Assembly (NCBI GenBank): GCA_964016885.1
Contig: OZ024741.1
Coordinates: 166,656,001-166,720,000, forward strand
Length of the DNA stretch: 64,000 nt
Reading direction: 5' to 3'
DNA from: Eledone cirrhosa
Lineage: Eukaryota
Shown in pieces: positions 13,442 through 25,900 of this stretch. A program made the translations under genes and the position numbers. Numbering within the stretch: position 1 is the first letter of the stretch; the number at the start of each line of letters is the position of its first letter. Below the pieces are notes generated by a model, which was given only the letters and a program-made list of their open reading frames with translations, searched no databases and had not been told where the DNA came from.

Positions 13442-14177
13442 AGTGGCATTGTAATGACTGTATAATGTCATGAATGTGCTGTATATAAGTGGCATTGTAA
13501 TGACTGTATAATGTCATGAATGTGCTGTATATAAGTGGCATTGTAATGACTGTATAATGTCATGAATGTGCTGTATATAAGTGGCATTGTAATGACTGTA
13601 TAATGTCATGAATGTGCTGTATATAAGTGGCATTGTAATGACTGTATAATGTCATGAATGTGCTGTATATAAGTGGCATTGTAATGACTGTATAATGTCA
13701 TGAATGTGCTGTATATGAGTGGCATTGTAATGACTGTATAATGTCATGAATGTGCTGTATATGAGTGGCATTGTAATGACTGTATAATGTCATGAATGTG
13801 CTGTATATAAGTGGCATTGTAATGACTGTATAATGTCATGAATGTGCTGTATATAAGTGGCATTGTAATGACTGTATAATGTCATGAATGTGCTGTATAT
13901 AAGTGGCATTGTAATGACTGTATAATGTCATGAATGTGCTGTATATAAGTGGCATTGTAATGACTGTATAATGTCATGAATGTGCTGTATATAAGTGGCA
14001 TTGTAATGACTGTATAATGTCATGAATGTGCTGTATATAAGTGGCATTGTAATGACTGTATAATGTCATGAATGTGCTGTATATAAGTGGCATTGTAATG
14101 ACTGTATAATGTCATGAATGTGCTGTATATAAGTGGCATTGTAATGACTGTATAATGTCATGAATGTGCTGTATATA
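13442..14177. repeat. 46-bp minisatellite, 16 near-identical copies
   Basis: Unit AGTGGCATTGTAATGACTGTATAATGTCATGAATGTGCTGTATATA; period checked at 13442, 13488 and 14132. Confidence 0.95.
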
Positions 14178-14282
14178 TCTATACATATATATAAAACTGT
14201 AGTTGTCTCTCTGTGTGTGTGTGTCTTCATTTTTGCAAAGTCTATACAAATCCACATTTCTACTCCGATTGACTTCAAACTT

Positions 14283-14629
14283 CATCATCATCATTTCATC
14301 ATTTCATTTTACGTCCGCTTTTTCCCTGCTTGCAAGGGTGGGACGGGAACTGATTCTGGCTTGATTTCTACAGCTGGATGCCCTTCCTAACACCAACCTC
14401 ATTTACAGTGAGTGCTGGGTGCTTTTTTGCCGTGGCACCTCCACGATCACTTTGCAGTGGAGTGATATGGACCCTAGTCCCTATCATCTCATTTCTACAG
14501 CTGAGTAAACTGGAGCAATGTGAAATAAAGTGTCTTGCTCAAGGAAACAACACATCACCCGGTCTGAGAATTGAACTCACAACCTTTCGATTGCAAGGCC
14601 AATGCTCTAACCACTAAGCCATGTGCCTC
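14283..14629 (-). mobile_element. Full-length tRNA/CORE SINE with RTE tail and 7-bp TSD
   Basis: TSD CAAACTT at 14276-14282 and 14630-14636; head GAGGCACATGGCTTAGTGGTTAGAGC, CORE-like CCTTGAGCAAGACACTT, (GAT)n tail. Confidence 0.85.
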
Positions 14630-15010
14630 CAAACTTGTATTTATATATTCCTTGTGGTCTAAAGATATTAACTGCAGATTTTATTTTTCGATTTTCTGTT
14701 GTTAAAGGGGTGTTAGGCGCCGGTTATCCATCTCTGTCGTGCCCTTGTAATATCTGTCTGTATGCCTGGCTGTCTGCATTGCGACCTTCTGACAAACATT
14801 GATGACGTATTATGTTCACTATTATCCGGTCATTGCCAGGGAACGTCTTCACGAACCAAAGTATCGTCTTGCTGTTTTCCTTCAGTTGCAACGTTTTTCG
14901 AAATATTTACTTCTGCATTCACAGATTGATTTTTTAGTTTCAGAAGATCCGTTAAGGGCGAAAGCAGCGATTCTTTGCTTGAACTTTAATCTGTTATTTT
15001 AATATATAAT

Positions 15011-15183
15011 TGTTTCTACTTTTGGCACAAGGCCAGCAATTACCCAGTACATTACTGGCACTTTATTTTATCGACCCCATAAGGATGAAAGGCAAAGTTA
15101 ACCTCGGCGGGATTTGAACTCAAACCATCAAGGGACGTAACTCTTTACGACAAAGCATGGCGTCCGACCCTCTACGCCATGCT
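15011..15183 (-). mobile_element. MetaSINE-like copy with TSD
   Basis: Flanked by TTATTTTAATATATAAT direct repeats (~14994 and ~15185). Confidence 0.75.
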
Positions 15184-15915
15184 TTATTTTAATATATAAT
15201 GCGTTATTTTAATATATAATATAAGCGAGGCAAGCCAGCCCACTTGCACTTCTTGCCAATAAATATTAACCCTTTGTGCGTCATTCATCTAACTGTAGAC
15301 CAACAAATACCAACTAAACGGAGCATTGACAAGAACGATGGCGAATGAATCTTCGAGGTAAGCAGTTTCCTCCCGAGCTGTTAGTTCATGTGGGATTCTC
15401 TGCTACACCTTTTCGTAATAATACCGAACAACATATTGCTGGTCACTCCTTCCTCCAAAAGCCGTACAAAACGGACATGTGCATCGAGCAGATGGATCGG
15501 GTGCATATCTACACCAGGCCTATGCGAGAAATTCACAAGGGACTGCACCGAGAGGGATAGACAGAAAGAGTAACTTAGTGGAAAGAGTGTGAATGAACTT
15601 TTGAGGTAAGTAGCCTACGCCTTACTGCTATGACACTGGAACCTTCTGCAAACTTAACCTGTGACGTTCTCTTTCACATTTACTCCAAAAGGTCAAAACA
15701 GAGGAGTATGAAAAGAAGAGACTCAACAATATTTCTATGAACAATGCACGTAGACAGCTAAATTGTACTTTCAACTTCTTAATTTTCTCCAAATAAAACA
15801 AGTTTCCTGTCAGTATATTTTCGTGAGTTTTTAACAGGCACTCACAAATAAACGTTTCTCATTGGAGGTGCTGTTACCAATGTTCTTAGCCATGCAACGC
15901 CGTGATACAGTGCTA

Positions 15916-15958
<43 letters not shown>

Positions 15959-16239
15959 TGTTTCTATCTGTACATATATACATGCTTACACACACACATA
16001 TATATAAAGATCTATTGAAAAAAATGGGAAAATTATTGTAATTGATTTAAATAAATGTAAACGAAATGTGCTAATCGCTGCAGTGGGCAGGAGAGAAGAG
16101 AGAAAGAGAGAGAGTGGGGTGTCATGGAAAATCAAGGATTCAAGCATCTTATGTAAATATTCTAATCAAGGAACATTTAAATTACATATCTTTTAGTATA
16201 AACATTGTCATTTAGATGAGTACTGTGCTACCAAATGTA

Positions 16240-16271
<32 letters not shown>

Positions 16272-16616
16272 CATACATACATATATATGTGTGTTGTGCA
16301 CACACACGCACATGCATGCAAATGACTCTTGCAATATAGATCTGGCTAATCTTGTAATTTCAATACCAAAACTCTATTTGGGTAAGTTCAAATCTGAACA
16401 ATTAAGTAAGGGTGAGACCTCTTATGGGTTGAGCTGATCCAAAGTTTTCTGAGCATTTTCAGACAAAGTAGCGGCAGTGTACCTTTTCTTGTTGTTAAAA
16501 CAACGGACATGTTTCCTTAGAGTAAGTGCAACTATATATAAACATATGTGTGTGTTCATGTCATTTCTTCTCCTTGTGTATGTGTTTGCTAATATACATA
16601 TATATATCTTCTTCCG

Positions 16617-17000
16617 TCACTTATTCTTGAGAGGGTCGTGGGGCCAGAGTCCTCAAACACTCCTTCCAGTGGCTACTGTCAGAAGCAACCATCTCCAACT
16701 GATCCAGCTGCATGCCAAGTGTGACCAGCCAAGCTCATGGATGTGATCCAACCATCTTGCTTGGGGCCTACCCCTGGGTCTCTTGCCGGTTGGTTTTACC
16801 TGTATAATCTGTCCAGCAATTCTTTCCTGAGACATTCTAACAATATGCCCATAGTAATGGAGCTGTGATCTCTCAATTTGAAGAAGTAGCAGCTCTACCT
16901 GGAGTGACTCTCTGATCTCCGAGCTACACACTTTATTCAGTAATGTTACCTCCAAAACCCTTCGGAGTAATCCCATTTTGGTTGCTTGCATTTGCGATGT
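16617..17000 (-). pseudogene. 3' fragment of another RTE family (Expander-like)
   Basis: ORF 16653-17027: ERSQLHYYGHIVRM...TGKRPRGRP, the RTE C-terminal motif. Confidence 0.7.
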
Positions 17001-17075
17001 ATATATGTGAGTCCCGAGTTCAATCAAGGGTAACCACAGTTAGTAAGGTACTCAATACATTAGTAGAGTGTAAAC

Positions 17076-17193
17076 ATCAAGTTTAAATTTTTTTAAATGG
17101 TTTCTACAGGACTAGAACTGTTTCATTCCTGATTATTTCTTTTGAATGAAACAGTTTTAGTCCTGGAGAAGCCATTTCTATCTTAAACTTGAT
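17076..17193. repeat. Fold-back palindrome built from hammerhead-family sequence
   Basis: ATCAAGTTTAA...TTCTACAGGACTAGAACTGTTTCATTC / GAATGAAACAGTTTTAGTCCTGGAGAAGCC...TTAAACTTGAT. The adjacent 17025-17070 matches 31020-31075. Confidence 0.7.
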
Positions 17194-17621
17194 ATATATA
17201 TATTAGAAAAGATATATATAAAAAAAGATACGATAGTCATGGCTGGAATGACTGTTGTCATAACTCTTCTTGATCAGGACTGTATTTTGTCTTATACTGT
17301 TTCACAGACTCATTCCTATATTTTGATTGCCTGATTAAAATGTTCTTGATTACTTTCCTTTATATCCACTACTAACATCATCACTACTATCACAACCTCC
17401 ACCATCTCCATTACCACTACTATCACCATCATAACCACTACAGTAACAGCTCCTCTCTCTCACTCATCCTTTATTAATCTCTTCAGTATATCTACTGTCT
17501 CAAGAGAAAGATGATAGTCACTGTTCCATTATCTCCATACTTGCCTTACAAATACATGTCTCTAATCATGCACACACATTGTTTCAGTCTGTCTGTTTTA
17601 TGCCCATTAGTGTGTGTGTGT

Positions 17622-17702
<81 letters not shown>

Positions 17703-18107
17703 TTATATATATATATATAATTCATATATAACAAATTCAGAAACAAAATATATATATATATATATATATATATTTATTAAAATAACAATCTGTTATTTTA
17801 ATAAATATTTGCTCTACGGTTCTTATATATTTGATATATATTTATCCTTATCGAGCCCTCTTTGGATTTTAGTCTTGAAATTTATTATTATTACTATATA
17901 TATATATATATATATAAAAACATGAGAAGAAAGAAGAATACTGCGTGGTTTGCACATGGGTTACATATGTTAAAAATAGTCCTTCGTCAGTGATTTTCCA
18001 ACCATCATTGGTATTTCATCGCATTAAAAATCAGATACCTCAGGTTGGTGCGAGCAATAACTAAAAAAAGTTATTCAGTAATTCGCGTAAAGCGAGGGGG
18101 ACAAGTA

Positions 18108-18219
<112 letters not shown>

Positions 18220-18267
18220 GTATATATATGTATACACACATATATAAATATATATATACACATATGT

Positions 18268-18306
<39 letters not shown>

Positions 18307-18318
18307 CATACACATACA

Positions 18319-18535
18319 AGGCATGTGGCTGAGTGGTTAGAGAATTGGATTCACAATCTTGAGGTTGTAAGTTCGATTCCTGGACCAGGCGATGCGTTAT
18401 GTCCTTGAGCAAGATACTTTATTTCACGTTGCTCCTTCTACCTGGAGTTGCAACCGATAGATAGTATTAGCAATTGGAAAGACCGACGAAAACATTGTTT
18501 CTTCGGTCTGATTAGACGAAAGTCGTTCGATCCTT
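18319..18535 (+). mobile_element. tRNA/CORE SINE 5' part inside a (TA)n array
   Basis: GGCATGTGGCTGAGTGGTTAG...GTTCGATTCC...GTCCTTGAGCAAGATACTTTATTTCAC. Confidence 0.7.
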
Positions 18536-18782
18536 ATATATATATATACATATATATATATATACATATATATACATATATATATATATATACGTATATA
18601 TACATACACATACATATATATACATATATATATATATACGTATATATACATACATATACATACATATATATACATATACATACATATATATACATATACA
18701 TACATATATATACATATACATACATATATATACATATACATACATACATATTTATATATACACATACATATATATAGATACA

Positions 18783-19175
18783 TATCATCATCATCATCAT
18801 TTCATTTTACATCCGCTTTTTCCCTGCTTGCAAGGGTGGGGCAGGAAATGATTCTGGCTTGATTTCTACAGTGAGTGCTGGGTGCTTACATGTCTACACA
18901 TCCACTTTACAGTGTGGGTGGGGTGCTTACACGTCTACACATCCACTTTACAGTGAGTGCTGAGTGCTTTTTTGCTGTGGCACTTCCACGACCACTTTGC
19001 AGTGGAATGATATGTACCCCAGTCCTATCATCTCATTTCTACAGCTGAATAAACTGGAGCAATGTGAAATAAAGTGTCTTGCTCAAGGAAACAACACATC
19101 ACCCGGTCTGAGAATTGAACTCACAACCTTTCGATTGCAAGGCCAATGCTCTAACCACTAAGACATGTGCCTCTA
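18783..19175 (-). mobile_element. tRNA/CORE SINE with RTE tail
   Basis: Highly similar to 14283-14629, with an internal ~39-bp duplication. Confidence 0.8.
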
Positions 19176-19196
19176 CACACTTTATATATATATATA

Positions 19197-20648
19197 TAGC
19201 GTAAAAGTCGGCGTCCATCAGGGCTCTGTTCTCAGTCCACTACTATTTATTATTGCCCTTCAGGCTATAACAGAGGAGTTCAAGACAGGCTGCCCATGGG
19301 AACTCCTATACGCAGACGACCTGACACTCATAGCGGAATCAATGGCCGAGCTAGAGAAGAAATTCCAAACATGGAAGCACGGCCTAGAGTCAAAAGGACT
19401 TAAAATTAACCTGGCTAAGACCAAAGTACTAGTTTGTAGGAAAGAAAACAAGGCGGCGGTCCCTTCTGGGAAATGGTCGTGCTCGGTGTGTAGGAAAGGC
19501 GTAGGTAGAAACTCCATTTTATGTCCTAAATGCAAAGTATGGGTGCATAAAAGATGTAGTGGGATCACAGGTAGGCTAACTAAGAACATAGATTTTACAT
19601 GTGGCCGGTGCTCTGGTGCAATAAGTAGCAGCAAGTGCCCACAAACTACTAGCTCTTTCAATTGCGCAGAGGGTTCTATAGAAATAGTGGACAGCTTCCG
19701 TTACCTGGGCGATAAAATCAGCAGTGGGGGAGGGTGCTCTGAAAGTACTGTAGCTAGAGTCAGAACTGGTTGGAAAAAGTTCAGAGAGCTTATACCACTA
19801 TTAGCTGCTAAAGGGTTCTCACTAAAAATGAAAGGCAGGTTGTACGATGCCTGCATACGAACAGCAATGCTGCATGGCAGTGAGACCTGGGCATTGTGTG
19901 CAGAGGATATACGCAGACTAGAGAGGAACGAAGCTTGCATGCTCCGCTGGATGTGTAACAGTAATATACGTGAACGGCAAAGCATAAACGAACTAAGGAA
20001 TAAACTAGAGATAAGAGGGATCAGATGTTGTTTACTCGAGAGAAGGCTACGTTGGTATGGACACGTGATGCGCATGAAAGTCGATAGCTGTATAACAAAG
20101 TGCAGGGCAATAAAGATAGACGGTAGTCACGGAATAGGCAGACCTAGAAAAACCTGGGACGAGCTGATAAACTCCGACATCACACACTTACACCTCTCCA
20201 AGACAATGTCACTGGACCGAGACCTTTGGCGGTACTCAGTAACAGAGAAGACCCGCCTTACCTAAATATATAGTAAAACCTACTCCAGCCAGTAGGCATC
20301 TCTAACAAAATACACCCCGTCCCACCCGATCCACACCACCCCGTTCTATGTAAAGTTATGTTGGTGCCGCGCCATCGAGGCCGAAACAAATGAGATCGTG
20401 TAGGTGTCACGACAAAAAAACACACAGTCCACGCTGTAATGTGGCCGTGTAGGCAACACGGTAAAAACCTCCCAGACCCACACTGTAAATGTGGTTGGTG
20501 TTAGGAAGGGCATCCAACTGTAGAAAACCTGCCAGACAGTCCTATGCGAGCAAGACAATCACTCTTGCCTCAAGTGGGACTACCCCCGTCCAAACCCATG
20601 CAAGCGTGGAACACGGACGTTAAACGTTGATGATGATGATGATGATGA

Positions 20649-20650
<2 letters not shown>
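19197..20650 (+). mobile_element. 5'-truncated RTE-PHD LINE copy with open C-terminal frame
   Basis: ORF 19165-20265 (real from ~19198): GVHQGSVLSP, YADD, PHD finger, FRYLG, RWYGHVMR. Nearly identical to 25151-26580; (GAT)n tail; both ends lie in (TA)n. Confidence 0.93.
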
Positions 20651-20699
<49 letters not shown>

Positions 20700-20830
20700 T
20701 ATATATATATATATTTATATATATATTTATATATATATATTTATATATATATATTTATATATATATATATTTATATATATATATTTATATATATATATAT
20801 TTATATATATATTTATATATATATATATAT

Positions 20831-21150
20831 CATCATCATCATCATCATCAACGTTTAACGTCCGTGTTCCACGCTTGCATGGGTTTGGACGGGGGTAGTC
20901 CCACTTGAGGCAAGAGTGATTGTCTTGCTCGCATAGGACTGTCTGGCAGGTTTTCTACAGTTGGATACCCTTCCTAACACCAACCGCATTTACAGTGTGG
21001 GTCTGGGAGGTTTTTACCGTGTTGCCTACACGGCCACATTACAGCGTGGACTGTGTGTTTTTTGTCGTGACACCTACACGATCTCATTTGTTTCGGCCTG
21101 GATGGCGCGGCACCAACATAACTTTACATAGGACGGGGTGGTGTGGATGG
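20831..21150 (-). mobile_element. RTE-PHD LINE 3' UTR fragment, inverted relative to the preceding copy
   Basis: Reverse complement of ~20330-20650. Confidence 0.9.
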
Positions 21151-21712
<562 letters not shown>

Positions 21713-22081
21713 ACACAGACTATATCAATCATATAAAGACTTTGCCACCAGATCTACCAACCTAACACTCTTATTTACCTACCTAAGTGCCTCTACCACA
21801 CATATCTCTCTGCCACACTATATAAACAAGACGCACATGCGTGCCACACATATAACATTTGCACTATATAACCACTTATCTTCATGTTGTACTTTAACCT
21901 ATATCTTTGATTTTTTATTGTACCTATTAATATAAATGTAATCTCGAAGTGTGTACTGCCACTCTAAATTCTGTAATGAATGTTGACCCACAATGTTTGA
22001 ATATGTATCAATGTTTGAATATGTATTGGTATGTCTCTCGGCTGAAAAGGAGGTCATATAACTGTCCATGCATTAATAAAT

Positions 22082-22128
22082 TGCTCCGAAGAATCCAAAC
22101 CTCGGTTTGGAGGAAACAGCTGTAAGCA
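22082..22128 (+). ncRNA. Minimal type-I hammerhead motif (Penelope pLTR type) within a ~620-bp TA-flanked segment (21713-22330)
   Basis: TGCT-CCGAAGA-A TCCAAAC CTCG GTTTGGA G-GAAA-C AGCT G-TA-AGCA. Helix I TGCT/AGCA, 7-bp helix II, palindromic loop 3, GUA site; U4C core variant. Confidence 0.6.
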
Positions 22129-22434
22129 CAATAATGTTTTGAACAGTTCTTTGATTCTTATATTTCATATAACTGCTCTGTAAATCATCTGATGTTTTTA
22201 CATTGAGCTACTTAACTTACTGGTAATAAGGTAGTAATACATTACTGCCTACCACTATTTAGGGTGTGTGTAAAATACTTACAACTGCTTAAGGTTTTGT
22301 GTTTACATAACCATAAATAGTATAACTAATACTATATATATATTATATATATTTATATATATATATATTTATATATATATATATTTATATATATATATAT
22401 TTATATATATATATTATATATATATATTTATATA

Positions 22435-22481
<47 letters not shown>

Positions 22482-22989
22482 ATAAGTTCTCCATGTTTAT
22501 TCACTTTCGCCAATCCATCGCTGCTTCAATTATTCCTACTACGGTGTACCATGTAAATCGTAAAGTACAAATTTTTCTCTATCCACTCCACGCTCAATTT
22601 CGTACATAGTCCAAACATCCAATCTCGCAAAATCCGAAATCTGTATTTTTTGTTATCTATTTAAGGTTTAAATACGGTGTTTTTGTCGTATTGAACAGAA
22701 CAAATCTTGCAGTTTTGCTTTTTGTTAAATCGCTTGTTAAATATTCATAACCTTCCAGCTAGCTACCCCACACCCCTCCCACACACCACCATTCTTAATA
22801 CGTGGACCAATCATAAGCCAGAGCCCCCCCCCCCCCCCCACCCCACGCATCACCATTATTATTATAAGCCAGCGCCCCCCCCCCCACGCATCACCATTAT
22901 TATTATTACGCGGACCAATCATAAGCCAGAGGCCTATACTATCGCTTGCCCGGTTGCCTTCGATATATGATGGATGGATGGATGGATGG

Positions 22990-25900
22990 ACGGACTGCGG
23001 AATCCTGGAGAGTGGAAGGGAGAGAAAAATCTGGACTCTCAGAGCGAAAATGCCAAAGTTAAAGTCAAATTCACCTCGTGGACGAGAATGCGAGCACTCC
23101 TCTTTGTTTCGTCCGCGGATGGCTAACATAACCCTATCTCCCCCCGCCCCCACCACCCCCACCCTCCAAACGCAACCCAAAACTTCAGAGTTGGTACCAT
23201 AAATGTAGGCACCCTAAAGGGTCGCGCTAACGAGGTTGTAGAAATGCTTGAACGTAAGGAGGTCGATGTTTGTTGTATTCAAGAGACCAGGTGGAGGGGT
23301 GGGTCTGCTAGATTCATTGAGGGTAAAAAACGATGTTATAAGCTTTTCTGGGTGGGAAACGACGATGGGCTGGGTGGAGTAGGAATCATGGTAGCAGAAA
23401 AGTGGGCAGATAAGATAATAGACGTAAATAGAGTGAACGACAGAATAATTAAAATACGACTTGTCCTCAATAGAACTACGGTGACAGTAATATCTGCGTA
23501 CGCACCCCAATCCGGACTGCCCGGCACTATAAAAGACAGATTCTATGAGACACTGTTGCTAACTACCTCCCAAATATCTGACAGTGACTATATAATTATT
23601 GCAGGCGACCTAAATGGTCACGTTGGACAACATTGTGACGGCTACGACGAAATCCATGGAGGCTATGGGTTTGGTACTAGAAATGAGGAAGGCTCCAGAA
23701 TCCTGGAATTCTGTGATGCAAATAACCTAACTATCTGTAACACTAACTTCAAAAAACGTGACAATCACCTGATCACCTATAGATCCGGGGAACACACAAG
23801 CCAGGTAGATTATATCCTTACCAGAAGACGTGACAGAGTGTCTGTTGTAAACACTAAATCCCTCCCCCATGAAGAATGCACCTCCCAACATAGACTGATA
23901 ATTAGCGACCTCATAGTCAGGACGAGACGTACTCGACAGCAGAAGAGGACTATCCTCAGGAGGAAAATATGGAAACTAAAGGACCCCACAGCCAGAAATA
24001 AATTTCAAAGCATATTACTTGATGCTTTCGACAGTAAGGAAGAGCATCTAGAATCGGACAATATAGAGGGACAGTGGGAATTTCTGAAAGCAAACCTGCT
24101 GTTGGCGACAGACGAAGTCTGTGGCTGGAGCAGGCCTGTAGGCAGGAGGAGAGTAACATGGTGGTGGAACAGTAGGGTGGAGGGGTCAATTAAGGCCAAA
24201 AAGCAGGCTTGGAAAGTATGGCGGGATGGGGGAAGTAGAGTAGACTATCAAGTGGCCAGGAGGGAAGCTAGGAGAGAAGTGTACTTAGCAAGAAGGGAAG
24301 CTGAGGAAAGAAAGTTCAAGCATGTTCTACAACGCGATGACCAAAAACGTGAGGTGTTCATGATTGCTAGGCAATGCGTCAAGGAAAACCGTGATATTGT
24401 CGGGGAGAAGTGTGTACTTAACGATGATGGCATACTTGCCATCACCGACACTGATAAGAAGGTAGCTTGGAAGTGTCACTATGAAAGGCTACTAAATGAG
24501 GAGAATAAATGGAAGAAAGACAGTCTCCCCCATATCGACCCAATAGAGGGACCAGCAGTGTTAGTCGAGGGGAGTATAATAAGTAAGGCAATCAAGGATA
24601 TGAAGACGGGTAAGGCGGCTGGGCCTTCGGAAATAGTTGCTGAGATGCTGAAGGCATCTGGCACGGTGGGACACACCATGGTCACCCGCATAGTTAACCA
24701 AGTCGTACAGAATGGGGTTGTTCCGAAGGACTGGCATAGCAGCATCATCGTTAACTGTTATAAGGGTAAAGGAGACGCCCTAAATAGGAGTAACTATAGA
24801 GGCATTAAATTAATCGACCAGGTCATGAAGGTCACGGAAAAAGTAATAGCGCAACTAATCAGAGAGAGAATTGACCTAGATGAAATGCAGTTCGGGTTTG
24901 TGTCAGGCAAAAGCACCACAGACGCTCTTTTCATAGTACGACAACTACAGGAGAAGTACCTAGCTAAAGGTAAACCCCTCTACTTAGCTTTTGTCGACCT
25001 GGAGAAAGCCTTCGACAGAGTCCCCCGCTCCATTATCTGGTGGGCTCTTAGAAAACTAGGCGTTGACGAATGGCTTGTGAGGGCTATACAAGCCATGTAT
25101 AAAGAAACAGTCAGCAAGGTTAGAATTAACAACGAATATAGTGAAGAGTTTAGCGTAAAAGTTGGCGTCCATCAGGGCTCTGTTCTCAGCCCCCTACTAT
25201 TTATTATTGCCCTTCAGGCTATAACAGAGGAGTTCAAGACAGGCTGCCCATGGGAACTCCTATACGCAGACGACCTGACACTCATAGCGGAATCAATGGC
25301 CGAGCTAGAGAAGAAATTCCAAACATGGAAGCACGGCCTAAAATCAAAAGGACTTAAAATTAACCTGGCTAAGACCAAAGTTCTAGTTTGTAGGAAAGAA
25401 AACAAGGCGGCGGTCCCTTCTGGGAAATGGTCGTGCTCGGTGTGTAGGAAAGGCGTAGGTAGAAACTCCATTTTATGTCCTAAATGCAAAGTATGGGTGC
25501 ATAAAAGATGTAGTGGGATCACAGGTAAGCTAACTAAGAACATAGATTTTACATGTGGCCGGTGTTCTGGTGCAATAAGTAGCAGCAAGTGCCCACAAAA
25601 TACTAGCTCTTTCAATTGCGCAGAGGGTTCTATAGAAATAGTGGACAGCTTCCGTTACCTGGGCGATAAAATCAGCAGTGGGGGAGGGTGCTCTGAAAGT
25701 ACTGTAGCTAGAGTCAGAACTAGTTGGAAAAAGTTCAGAGAGCTTATACCACTATTAGCTGCTAAAGGGTTCTCCCTAAAAATGAAAGGCAGGTTGTACG
25801 ATGCCTGCATACGAACAGCAATGTTGCATGGTAGTGAGACCTGGGCATTGTGTGCAGAGGATATACGCAGACTAGAGAGGAACGAAGCTTGCATGCTCCG

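Larger units (their letters stand above)
14178..15916 (+). mobile_element. Non-autonomous Helitron carrying two nested SINEs
   Basis: 5' A|TCTATACATATATATAAAACTGT, shared with the Helitron at 37186; 3' CCATGCAACGCCGTG-ATACAGTG-CTAG|T. Confidence 0.75.

Noticed and set aside
13442-14177. CRISPR-like array
   Set aside because: The units are contiguous with no unique spacers, there are no cas genes, and the context is eukaryotic.
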